From: Hyaloraphidium curvatum SAG 235-1
Lineage: Eukaryota; Fungi; Monoblepharomycota
Direction: 5' to 3'
Length of the DNA stretch: 64,000 bases
Assembly (NCBI GenBank): GCA_025558095.1
Contig: JAIVFI010000017.1
Coordinates: forward strand, 186,001-250,000
The position numbers were made by a program, and so were the translations under genes. A model generated the notes under the pieces. The model was not told the origin of the DNA, did no database searches, and was given only the letters and a program-made list of their open reading frames with translations. This document shows positions 10,655 through 22,344 of this stretch, piece after piece; the stretch's first letter is position 1; every line of letters begins with the position of its first letter.

Positions 10655-13600
10655 TCAGATCCACCACAGCCCGCTGACGGCCAGCTGCGGCGCCGTCTTG
10701 TGGAGCACCGGCTCCCCCCCCGTCCCCGCGCTGCCGCTGAGCATCGACCCCGTGTCGCTGTCGGATTCCTTGAGGTACGAGCGGGCGCGCTCGGCGACGA
10801 GGTGCTGCGGGCACGGATCAGCGCAAGGGAGGCGGGAGGCGGAGGGAGGCTGAGGGAGGGGGAACGTACGGCGTAGTAGACGGGCGGGGGAAGGCTGACT
10901 GCGCGGCGAAATGCATGCGGGTCAGCGAGGCGTGGCGAAAGGAAGCAAAAAACGCACCGGCGCGGTTCGAGCGCGCGTAGAGGTAGCACAGCGAGTTGGT
11001 GATCCTCTGCAGCTGGTTCGATCCGAGCTCGTTCTCGTCGTAGAGGACCTGATACTTGGTCGGGCTGGCGGCGAAGGGTGAGCGATCGCGGATGCGGGAT
11101 CGAAGCGACGCACCGCGAAGTGCCCTGCAGCCCGGGGTGCGTCGTGATGTAGAACTCCCACGAGCCCGAGTTCACGACGTTGGTGTCGATCACCATTCCC
11201 GGCAGCGCGTTGCCCTTCATGTCCGCTCCGCCCTGCTTGTAGAAGAACCGGGTGTGGTGGCGCTGATTGATGCTGCGAGTCAGGCACAGGCGCGGTTTCC
11301 CGACGGCGAATCCACCTTTTGGGTGACGATGAACGTAACCTTGGGCTCGTAAGGGGTGAAGCCTTCCTTGGTGCGCATGATGCTGATCCTGCGGCACGCC
11401 AGCTTGATCCTCGAAACCTGACGCGAAGCGATCAGACCCTGCTCGGCTTCCGAGGGAGGAGGCGGCGCACCTCGTCGTCGACGACCTTCTGGAACTGCCC
11501 CTCGGACACGCCGTCGCGGTAGACGATGATCTTCCTGGGCAGGGCGTTGTTGTTGGCGAGCTGGAAGAGCCGCAGGTGCTCGTGCAGGATCTCGTCCAGG
11601 GCGGGCATGGTGTCGGAGCGGGGAGGGATGAGGGCGACGTCGGCACGGTAGATGGTGAAGGTGCGGTTCATGGAGGCTTGTTGGCGAAGGCAGCGTCAGG
11701 ACTCCGCGCAAGATCGGAACCGCGATCTACCAACCGACGACAGATGCGATCGAGTGCGCGCTCGATCCCGGCGGCGGGTGAGTCGCGTCGACGCCGACGA
11801 CCATGCACGGCTCTTCGTCCAGAACCGGCAGCGGCTCGCTAAGGAACACGTTGATTCCGCCTTGCAGAACGGCACGAAGGAAGTCAGGGTTAGCCCAGCG
11901 GGACAAGCAACGAGACGAGACCCACCGAGCTTCACGTTGACCTTGAGGCAGACCTGCGTGAACAGCGAGCGGTCCGTCTTCTTGGGCCCGAACCCTCCTC
12001 TGCCGCCCCCGCGGCCCCCGCCGCGACCGCCGCCCCTGCCTCCGCCGGCCTGCACCTGCGCGCTCATGCCCTTGATCCACTTGGGCTTGATGCACTGCGA
12101 GGCGACGCCGAGGACCGTGTCGGTGACGCGCTTGATCTCGGTGTAGACGGGGTTCTTGGCGTTGTCGGTGGGGAGCACGATCAGCATCAGGTTGGGCCTG
12201 GTCTTGTCGTAGATCCGGTTCAGGTCGCTCGCGATGTGGGCCTGCGAGGAGCCGAACGAGAAATATCAACCACTTCTTCGCGCCGAACGACAAGATCAAG
12301 CGCACATCAGCCCGAAGCCGCTCGGCCTGCGGAACCTTGACCTCTTTCGGCATCTGCAGCCCGTAATCGTCCGCCAGCCCCAGCAGGCCCTTGACGAAGC
12401 TGTGCAGGTTTTCCTCGGATTCCGCGGGGTCGCCCGACATCGACATGGCCCTGTCGTCCGCAAAGGTCACGAGCGAGATGCCGGTGAGCGTTCCGGGGTA
12501 GGCAAAGGTCGCGCTCGGAGGCAGGTTCCAGAATCTGGAAGCCGGTCAGATTTGCTGGGAATGCGGAACGCAGCAGATGCCCACCCTTTCTCGCCCGGGT
12601 TGACGGGGATCAGTTGGTTGTTCCTCCCCAGATACACGAGCTGGGGCGGCGGGAGTCGCCTCGCCTTGACGTCCATCAGGCCCGTCTCCACGTCGGCCCC
12701 GAAAGCGCGGAGGTAATCGTTGCTCTTTGCGCTCAGGTTCATCAGGCCGTGGATCTTCTCGATGTCGCGCTCCTTGGAATCGGGCGGGGTGCTGGCGAAC
12801 TGGACCAGGGCCGTCGTCTCGTCCTCGTTGACCTTGCCTTGGAAGCGCTGGTTCTCCAGGATGCTCGCGACTTCGAGGGGGAAGTACGAAACCCGCGGCC
12901 CCTTGCCGGCCGAGTTGGCGCTACGGACTTCGATGGGAGGCAGGCGAGGATACTTCAGGACGTAGTTCTGGCAGACATAGCAGGTCAGGCGAGATGCATC
13001 GCTGCAGGTGCGGACGAGATGCTCACGTGGTAGGTCGCAAAGTAGTCGGCCACGCTGATCGTGGCGCCCGAAGCATCTTGGAAGACGGTCGAGTGGGCGT
13101 CGCCTTTTGCCAGGTTCGACAGCCGGTAGCGGCCCTTCACGTCGCCCCTGTGCGTCACGGAGAACAGGACGTTGCGGAACTTCTGCAACGGCGGTCAGCG
13201 CTGCGATCGGAACGTGCGTGCCGACACAGACCTGAAGGAATGCATGGCGCAAGCCTTCCGACAGAGTCTGCGGGGTGCTCTCCAGGTTGAGGAAGCGCTC
13301 GAGCGAACCAATGTGCCGCGTGTCCCGGTTGGTTGTGGAAAGGATCGGACCTGCCGGAAGGGAAGACTCGAATCAGACCCCGATCAGGCCGACGCGCTCG
13401 TCCGAACCTGCCTTTGGGGTAGAAAAGACCGTGGGCGACGTCGACGTTGACGGCGACCCCGCCCGCATCCTCGATGTACCGCACGGACCCGAAGAAGCCG
13501 CGCTGCATCCCGATCACGCTCCTCTGCACCTCCCGCATCGAAGACGGATCGAAGAAGGAGCGACCGACAGAGACGACCTTCGACTTGGACTGCGATGCGT

Positions 13601-15153
13601 ACTGCCGCACGAGGAACTCGAGCATCGCGAGCGACTCGGCGGCGGGCGTCGAGACCTGCCCGCTGCGCCTCTGCGCCGGGGTGGCGTTGAAGAACTCGAG
13701 GAGGCGGTCGAAGTACACGGTGCCGGTCCTCTTGAGGCAGAACAGGAACGGCGTGCTGCGGGCGAGGCGGTTAGGAGGGAGCCGTGCAACCGAGGGTGAT
13801 CGGCACGCACGGTTTCTCGTCGCCCTTTTCGTCCCCGCCGGCGACGACGAAGTCTCTGTTTTCACGGCCCTGCCCAAAATCCATGTCCCTCGAGCAGTAG
13901 AGGATTTTCATGCCTGCGATTGACGGTCAGACCCGACTGCCACGAGATGTCCTGCCGGCTCACCGTCGAACAGGCACCAGGCCCGGTGGTTGCCCGCGAG
14001 CACGCCGTCCCTGCCCTGCTGCTGCTGTTGCCACTTCTCGAACACGAGACGGTTCAGCTCCCTCTGGGTGCACGGCTTCTTGGACGGGCGGCCCGAGCTG
14101 TCGCACGACCACACCGTCACGTCGCTGGTTGCATACTTGCATGAGGTCGGCCACCAAAACCACCGAGAAACACTCACTACTGGATCACCTCAGACAGCTT
14201 GATGTTCATGCGCAGGAAGTTGGCCCTGATGCGAAAATGTGAGCGATCACCCTTGCTTCGGGATGCAGGACGACGGAAAGCCACCTCGCCGTGAACGAGA
14301 TCCCCTCCGTCCCGCCGTTGTCCGGCTTCTTGGCCAGATTGAGCCGCACCGACGCCTCCTCGGCCCTCGGCTTGTCCTTGGGCAGCGGCTCGATGACGGG
14401 ATCGTTGGGCGACACGTGCTGGTACCAGAACGGGACCTCGGGCCGTTCCTGCATCTCCGGGTTGCGGCGGTGATAGGTGCTGGTCTGCCCGCCCCGGCCG
14501 GCGCTTCCGTAGCCCTGGGACACTTGCTGGCCGCCGTAACCGCCGCCGCCTCCGCCGTACCGGTCCCCGCCTCCTCCGTTGTAAGCGCCTCCGCCGTTGC
14601 TCGCATGACCGTAGCTCCCTCCGGACCCGCGGCTGCCGTATCCCCCATTGCCGTATCCTCCGTTGTCGTAGCTCTGCCCCCGTCCGGCGTACCCATCCGA
14701 AGGCCTGCGGTCGTACGAGGAGGACCTGTCGCGGCTGCTGGCCCGGTCCCTGCTGCCCGCCGGCTCGCTGCGCTGCGCCCGCCCGCTCCCGTACCCGTCC
14801 GCATCGTACGACGCCGGCCGCCTGCTGTCGCGCTCGCTCCGCTGCTCGGCGTACCTGCCGCGGTCGCCCGCATCGCCCTCGGACTCGCGCCTGCCGGAGG
14901 AACGCCTGTCGGGCGGCGAGCCGCCGTAGCGGTCGGGGTACGCGTCGGCCTCGCGGCGGTCGTGCTCGTCGTAGCTGCCGCGGCTGCTCCGCTGCGGGTA
15001 TGGCTCGTAGCGGTCGCGCGGGGCCTCGTTGCGGTCGCGGGAGCTGTTGCGCCTCCGCGGGTCGCTGCCGCCGTTGCGCTCCTGGCCGTACCCGCGCGAA
15101 TCCTGGCCGTAGCCCCCTCCGTCGTCGTATCCGTCGCGGTAGCGGCCCGACAT
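10655..15153 (-). CDS. Argonaute (paralog A), multi-exon; long R/D/G/Y-rich N-terminus
   Basis: VGRSFFD, GFFGSVR, NVDV; PAZ (ISVADYF, LKYPRLP, YFPLEV); MID Y..IK...QC...LKVNVKLGG; [41 protein letters not shown]; ends LWWI*. Confidence 0.95.
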
Positions 15154-15487
15154 CGTGCGATGCGACCTGGATGGGGGGTGTTGGGGTGATGACTCGTCGT
15201 GCGCCTCCTTAGCCAAAACTGACCACCGCCAGGTCATCGCGAAGCCACACACAAAACTCGTCCTGCGCCCCGAAACCCAAGAAATCGTAGTCAGAGAATC
15301 AGGGTGAAGCAGAAGATGGCCGCTTTGCGGGCATTTGGAGGTGATTCGCCGAAGAATTGAGTTAATTGGCCTACAAGAGCTCCGAAGCAATCTATCGAGG
15401 ATATCAAGAAAGCTCTTGCATCACGGAGAATTCCTCACGTGTCAAGACAGCTTTTCTTCCTTCATCTGACGAAGCGGCAGAGACCCA

Positions 15488-16854
15488 TCACCGGCTCCGG
15501 CTCCGCCTCCGATCCCTGCCCGGCGATCGCTCCCGAGAACGGTTCCTCTTGCCGTGACCTGCAAACCAAAACAGGCAGAAAAGTAAGCACAGACACAAAA
15601 GACACGGATCGAACAAAACGACCCACGGTCATCGTACCGATCCCTCGAATAACCGCCGTGTCCGTAACCCCTGTCGTCCGGCCTCCCGCCCCCCCGCGAA
15701 TCCTCGTACCTCCGCGGCGGCGACGCACCCCTCCGGTCGTCGTACCGCCCGCGCTCGTCGCCCCGGCGGTCATCATATCGCCTGTCGTCGTATCTTCCCC
15801 TGTCGTCCCCGCGGCGGTCGTCGCGCCGGTCGTCGTACCGCCCGCCGCGATCGTCCCTTCCGCGATCCCGATCCCTGCTCCTCTCCCTCCTCGCCTCCCT
15901 ATCCGCCCTGTCCCCCGCCCCCATCCCGCTCCCCGCGGCCTTGGTCCCCGGCGGAAACCTCGTATCCGGCCTCCCCCCCGGCCCGCTAGCCCGGGGCCCG
16001 TCCATCTCGGGCACGTCCGAGTAGGTGTTCTTGTACCTGCGCAGCTTGGTCTCGAGGTCCTTGGCGACGGGCACGGGGATGCGGGGGAGCATGGAGCCGA
16101 GCCATTTCTGCGAGGTGAGGAGGGTGTAGGCGATGTGCCCGATCGTCCTGCGGGAACGGCGCGCGTCAGACGAAGTTCTCCGGCCGAGGTGCGCGACGGA
16201 TCCCACATGCTTCGCGGCGGCGGGCCCCTCTCGACCTTGACCTCCTCCGCGTCCTCCAGGTACCCCTCGAACCATTCGAACAGCATCGCCGGCGGGAGGG
16301 TGTACCGCAAATACAGCAGCCCCAGCGCGCGTATGTGTCCGTTGTCGGCCTTGTCCAGCATCCCCTGGATCTGCTTGACCGTCAGGCGGAGGGTCCAGAG
16401 CTTGTACAGTAGGCAGAAGGCGGTGCTGGCCACGGTGCCCTTCATGAAGGGTTCTGCGGACCGCCGAGCGCCGCAAAGCGATGGGAAGCGTCAGTCTGCG
16501 GCCGAGGGCGGAAGCTCGAGGCCCCTTACGCGTGGACCGGTCAACGCACCCAGCGAGTCAACTGCGCAGGCCGGGGCGGGGCGGGGATGAGGGCCGGAAA
16601 AGAAGCGGGCGGCGCGGGAACGCACCTTTCTTTGTTATCTCGGCGAGCACCTCGTGGTACGTCTTCTTGTCGCTGTGGGTGGCACATCCGAGGAAGCGTG
16701 CGGGCCGTGAGCTTCCCGTGCCGCGCGCCCGGGCGACGAGCACCCACTAGAGCCCGCGAAAATACGGCGACGACATGATGTTGGAGTGTACGAGCGCGTT
16801 GAGGTTCATCGTGGACTCGTTGCCCCACGTCGGGAGGGCGTTGGGGTTGGCCAT
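15488..16854 (-). CDS. PRP38: Pre-mRNA splicing factor PRP38 (PRP38B-like) with RD/RS-rich tail
   Basis: WGNESTMNLN...NIMSSPYF; STAFCLLYKL.TL.LT.KQ; IRALGLLYLRY; W...LPRIPVP; YDDRR repeats and an RSRS end. Confidence 0.92.
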
Positions 16855-17451
16855 GGTGCGGGCCGCGCGTCGGTGGGCGGCGGGGCCGGGATCCGGGCGG
16901 GGAGGGCGGGGCGGTGGAGTGACGCGATTCCGCTGCTCGGGTTGCGGAGAAGAGGGGAGACCGGGAAAAAACGAGACGGGGGGAAGGTTGCGCTGAGCAG
17001 TGACCGCGTCGGACTCGTCAGAGTTGCCCTCGGCGACAACGCATAAAGCGACAGAATCTGGCGACCGGCTAGCTTCGTTCGGGGCTCAGATTTGGCATGG
17101 ATTTATATCTGTATCCGGCCGAGACCGTGAACCAGCCGATCACTTGAACGGTGCCCTGGATAGGTCTCGGATGCAGGGCGCCTCCACTCCTCCCACGGCC
17201 CCACCGCTGACCACCAGTGCAGGTAACCTTTAGGTTTGGCATTTGAGTGAGCTCGACTCACCTGATGACACGGCGGGACAGTGCTCGGTGATTGTGAAGC
17301 GGGACGCTGAGCGAGGGCGCATCCACAGCTATAGTAACTTTAGCAGCAGCGGGCGCGCGCCCGCTGCGTAACAACGCAGTGGAAGCTGCTGCATTTTCTC
17401 ATGATGTCCGCCGAGAAGAAAGGGAGGGGGGGGGGAGAGGGGAAAGGAAGG

Positions 17452-18034
17452 GCGGGGATGGCATACGTACCTGCACTCGTTCAACGTGCTGCACGGGGAC
17501 CTGAAGAGCGCGAACGTCATGATCGGTCCGTTTCGCATTCCGCTCAAGCCGGAGGCCGTCCGTGTGCCTGATTGTTGATCCCGCCAGACCACGGCATCGC
17601 CAAGATCGCCGACTTCGGCCTCTCCCGCATGCGCACGCACCTCACCACCAGCGTGACCATGGAAGGCGGCGGCTCCCTCCAGACGGGCGGCACCCCCATG
17701 TTCATGGCCCCCGAGCTGTGGAAGGGTGGGCGTCTGCGGCCGCCCGTGGACGTGTACGCGTTCGCCATGGTGTGCTACGAGGTCACGAGCGAGGGGGAGT
17801 ACCCGTTCATGGGGCTCAACCAGGGGATGGTGCGTCCCCGGGCTCGTTCCCGCGTGCGGATGGAGCTGACGGGATCGATTGCAGCTCATCGACGTGGTGC
17901 TGCGGGGGATGCGGCCCGAGAGGCCCGACGCGGCGAGCGACAGGATGTGGGCGCTGATGGAGAAGGCGTGGGCGCAGGACGCGAAAGAGAGGCCGACGTT
18001 TGTGCAGATCGGGACGGAGATGGATTCGTGGTGA
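17452..18034 (+). pseudogene. 5'-truncated TKL-type protein kinase (C-lobe only)
   Basis: HGDLKSAN, IADFGLS, GTPMFMAPE, DVYAFA, RP.F are present with two introns retained. A 4-nt insertion breaks GMAY/LH at ~17464-17470. No N-lobe exons recognisable upstream. Confidence 0.7.
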
Positions 18035-18357
18035 TCGGGATGGTAGGAGATGCCGCCGCAATCATCAATAGGCAGTTGGACCGAAGGTGTAACAGGCCCA
18101 GCCAGAGGCAGGTCTATCATTATGCGTTTTGGATCGAGGCTAGGTTCGTTGCGAGGAGAGACCGCCTCTATTGGTGGCAGGGAGAGGAAATGGGAGGGTA
18201 TCTGACCACGGTAGTCCTTAAAGGGACAGACAAAGCCACGAAACAGCATCCTGGATATCAGATAAGGTAGAGCAACGACCCATACCACGTCCAAGTTGCG
18301 CCCGGCGCCCAGGTTAAGGCAGGAAGAGGATCCAATCGGCCCAGCACTCGATGGCCC

Positions 18358-19049
18358 TCAACCGGGCGCGAAGGCCCCGCAGGCCGCGCACAGCGCCCCG
18401 TGCTGGTACCCCGGAGTCCGGCAGTTTGGGCACGACGACGCCTCGAGGCCGGCCTCGAACGCCTCGTCCATCGGAAACTCCGCATCCGCCGGCCCCTGCT
18501 GCGGCGCCGCCCCCGCCCACTGCCTCTCGTACTCCTCGATGCGCGTCTGGAACTCCTCGTCCTCGACGGTCAGGTAGCGCTCCGCCTCGTCGGTGTCCCA
18601 GCCCGGCGGGTGCCCGGCCCGCTCGGCGTCGAGCGCGATGCGCAGGGACATCTCCCAGTCCGCGGCCTCGTCGGGCGACATCTCTCCCTCGCGCATCATC
18701 CGCGCGGCCTCCTCGTCCATGATCCGCTTCATAAGCTGTGCGCCCCACCGAGGACAGCGAAGTGAGACCGGTGTCCCCGTGGTCGGGAGGGTCCACGCAC
18801 CTCCCACTCCTCCTCCTCCTCCCTCTGCCCGGCGTCCGCGGCGCCCCTCCGCGCGGCCACGGCGTCCCCGCGCGCCTCCCGCATGCGCGCGCGGCACCTG
18901 TCGTGGAACCGCTGCCGCGCGTCGCCGCCGCCCGGCGTGCGCTTGACCGGCGTCCGCGGCGCGCCGGCCCGCGGCGTCATCGGCGACGACGAGGGGAACG
19001 TGCCCGACGACGCGCCGAAGGGCGACGACGGCGCGAGGGCGGGCAGCAT
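18358..19049 (-). CDS. RPA-interacting protein (RPAIN/RIP-like)
   Basis: RQRFHDRCRARMREAR N-terminal motif, acidic middle, C-terminal CPNC...CAAC; one intron. Confidence 0.65.
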
Positions 19050-19316
19050 GGGGCGGTCTTCGCTCCGGCGTGACCGCGCGGGCCGCGCAACAACACCGCA
19101 GAACCGGACCGCACATGGGGCTGCTATTGGGTTCGCTGCGGCCGTTGGTCCTCGATTTACGGACAGCAATGACACGATCGTCGGGAGTTTGGGCCTAGAG
19201 CGGCCCTTCCGTTCGAAGGAGACGCGTTCCGACGGCGTGCCGGGAGCCACGTTCCAAACTCCTGTGCGCCTCATCGGGGCCCGAAACGGACCCTCATTCC
19301 CCCCATTTTGGACGCC

Positions 19317-20778
19317 ATGGATCTCCCGTGCCCCGTCTGTGGGGCCCCTCTGCCCTCCCTCGCCGCCCTGAACGCGCACCTGGACCAGGAGCACTTTGCC
19401 CCGCCTTCCTCGGGCTCCGTGGTCGCATCCTGGCTCAAGCGGGCCAAGGAGAACGTGCAAGGCAGCCTGCGGGATCTGAAGATGCCCGTGTCGTCTGCCA
19501 CCATGCCCCCGGCGCCCCCGGCGCAGCCGACTGCTCTGCCGCCCGCGGTCAACGGCCGAACAACTTCCCGGACGAGCAGCACCGTCAACCCCCCTCAAAT
19601 CTCCCCCCAGTCCTCCTCCTCCTCCCTCCCTCCCCCCGTGGCGCGCTCCAGCACCCTCCCCGCCCTCCCCACCGCCCCTTCCCCCTCTTCCTCGGCCCTT
19701 CCCGCGACGTCCCCGCGCCCTCCTCCCCCACCAGCCCGCCCGCGGTCCCCCGTCTCCCACACCGACGTCTTCCTCGCCCTCCGCGCGTCCCACCCGAAGC
19801 GCACCCGCGCGGACCGCGACGCCCTGGAGGCCAACAAGCTCGAAGGGCGGTACGCCCGCCTCGTCCGGATCCACGAGGAAGGCCGGCGGGTGAAGGAGCG
19901 GGAGAGGGAGGTGGCGCCGTGGCAGGAGGACAAGAAGGCGATCCGGTGCGCCGTCTGCGGCGCGCTGTTCACGCTGACAAACAGGAAGCACCACTGCCGG
20001 CTTTCGGGGGAGTGCATCTGCGCGCTGCCGACGTGCTCCGTCGAGCTGCCGCTCGTGCGGGACTGGATCCGGGGTCGGTGGCGCGCTGCCGGTCCTTCCC
20101 GCCCGTTCCTCGTCGCTCACCGCCCGCATCGCCGCAGACGACCTCGAAAGGGACAGCATCGGCACCACCCGCTCCTGCACGCGGTGCCTCTCCCTCCTCT
20201 CCACCCTGCGCCCCTCGTCCCGCCCCGCGTCCTCGGACGAGCTCGCCCGGCTGTACGCCGAGATGCTCGCCGCGCGCAAGGAGGGCGAAGCCCTCCTCGC
20301 GGACTTCAACACCGTCATGGTCCGCCTCAGCTCGAAGCCGATCGACGAGGCGGACCCGGACTACCTCCGCGCGCAGGCGCTGCGCAAGGGCACCACGGCG
20401 GCCTTTTCGCGCTTCGACGGGCTGAGCAAGCGGATCGCGGGCCTGCCGGCGCCCACCCCCGCGCACCGCAGGCTGCATGCGGCGATCAGGGCCGCCGCCG
20501 CCTCCTTCCTCCAGTCGAACCTGTTCACCCTGCGGCTGCTCCCGTCGCCCTCCGCCCCCGAGGCCGCCCCGCCGCCGACGCAGTCCCCCGCGACCCTGGC
20601 CAAGCTCGACCGGCTCAACTCGGAGTTCCTGGCGCTGCAGATGCAGAAGGAGCAGCTGGAGGCGCAGATCAACGCCGCGGGGGGGAGGGAGGAGCGGGGC
20701 GCGCTGCTGGAGGCGTGGGGGGAGGTGGAGAGGGAGCTGGCGAGGGTGGGGAGGGAGGTGGGGGGGTTGGTCAAGTAG
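19317..20778 (+). CDS. PEP7: Pep7/Vac1/rabenosyn-5-like C2H2 + FYVE protein
   Basis: CPVC...LNAHLDQEH; HTD.F...R; EANKLE.R..RL; W.ED....C..C...F....RKHHCR; coiled-coil C-terminus; one intron ~20055-20137. Confidence 0.85.
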
Positions 20779-20854
20779 GATCGGACGGAAAACTGCCGTG
20801 CATGGGCCGGATGGATGATCTATATGGCAGCCTGCTCTACCGGAGGTATGCTTT

Positions 20855-21781
20855 TCAGGCCGCGGTGGCCGGATCGGGTTTGTCCCCGGCCCGTTCCCCC
20901 TTGCTTCCGTCGTCCACCGCCTCGTCCCGCGGCACCACCCCGCTCCCGCCGCAACGCATGCGGCGGTAGACCCCGTTGTATATCACGAACGTGTACGCCT
21001 GCACCGCGGTCAGCGCGGCGCCCAGGATGGTCGCGAGCACGTACGGCGCCGTCGGCCGCAGCGCGGGATCGCACGCGGCGAGCATGTACGCCAGGAGAAA
21101 TGTCTGCAGCACCCGCGTGGCTGCGTACCAGAGCATCCCGGCGGCGAGGAGGTGCCGCGTCGCCCGGCGGTTCCCGATGCGGTGGCCGACGAGGGCGGCA
21201 AAGAGGGGGAACTCGTGCGCGGCGCCGAGGTCCAGGACCAGGGTGATCTTGAGCAGGAACATGTCCGCCAGCCAGCATCCCAGTGCGAGCAGCAGGAAGA
21301 AGATGGCATGGTGCAGCAGGATGATCGGGTTCGGTTTGACGAGGATCCGCAGGCCGGCTTCCATGGCGTAGAGGAACGCGCGGCCATAGACGAACAGTCC
21401 GACCATGATCTGGATATCGGTGGTGCTGAAATCCACGGCGCTCGCAGAGAACTGGTCGGTGAAGGAGAGGAACATGAACCGTACGAACATCCAGGTGTAG
21501 GGAACCACCTGGAGCCCGAAAACGACCGCGAACGTGGCATGCTGCAGCGTCACGAGCTGCTGTCCCGGCTCCATCCCCGCAAACGCCGCGCCTGCCGACC
21601 GCCGGCAGACAGCCAGCGCCGTGCAGGCAAGCACCAGCACGGCGACCGCCGCGATGGGGATCCACGCGAGCATGCCCAACGCGAGCTTGGCAAGCTCCGC
21701 CTGGCTGAGCCCCGCTGCAGCGCCGGCGGTGCCCTGGAAGACGTTCTGGAGGGACCATGGCGGGGTGTCGGGGGTCGCCAT
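20855..21781 (-). CDS. TLC-domain-like multi-pass membrane protein
   Basis: Multiple hydrophobic helices, LLHH motif, E.P motif (HEFPLF) and W...R pattern; intronless. Confidence 0.6.
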   Translation of the reverse strand: MATPDTPPWSLQNVFQGTAGAAAGLSQAELAKLALGMLAWIPIAAVAVLVLACTALAVCRRSAGAAFAGMEPGQQLVTLQHATFAVVFGLQVVPYTWMFVRFMFLSFTDQFSASAVDFSTTDIQIMVGLFVYGRAFLYAMEAGLRILVKPNPIILLHHAIFFLLLALGCWLADMFLLKITLVLDLGAAHEFPLFAALVGHRIGNRRATRHLLAAGMLWYAATRVLQTFLLAYMLAACDPALRPTAPYVLATILGAALTAVQAYTFVIYNGVYRRMRCGGSGVVPRDEAVDDGSKGERAGDKPDPATAA

Positions 21782-22344
21782 TGGTTGATGCAGATACAAG
21801 ATCAAGGCTGTGGTGGAAGATACCGCCGGACCGGACGACTAGTTTATGTTGGGACTTCTCGCACGCGGCCTGGGGTTGTTGCGGGAAGTAGGGCGCTCAT
21901 GTCCGGGACTTATATCTCTGTAGTGGGGCGGTGTGGTGCGCAACATTCGCGGGAAAACCGAATCGGTTTTGGCGATGGACTTTTGGCGACATGGAAACGT
22001 CGCGGCTCCGCCCATCCTCCGTGCAATTACGCGACGAATCTGACGATGCCGGAGCGCGTTCAGTCGGTTCGGCATTCCCATTACCCGATCTTCAAATGCC
22101 ATGCCGATGCTTCGACTCGCATTGTTTTGACCTGCTTTTGTCCGGTCCGCGCATGGCCTGCTCTACAGGTCCTTTGCCCGCTCTCGATCCACGCATCATG
22201 GAGCATTCTCCACTCTTCTTGATTTCATGTCCTCCGACCTAGCATCCCGCAGGGTTTTGACCTGGAGCGAACTGCCGTACGTTGCGCCTACTGAATCGGC
22301 GCATCTCAGAGCCGCGACGCGAGACCGGCTCACTCCGCGACGCG

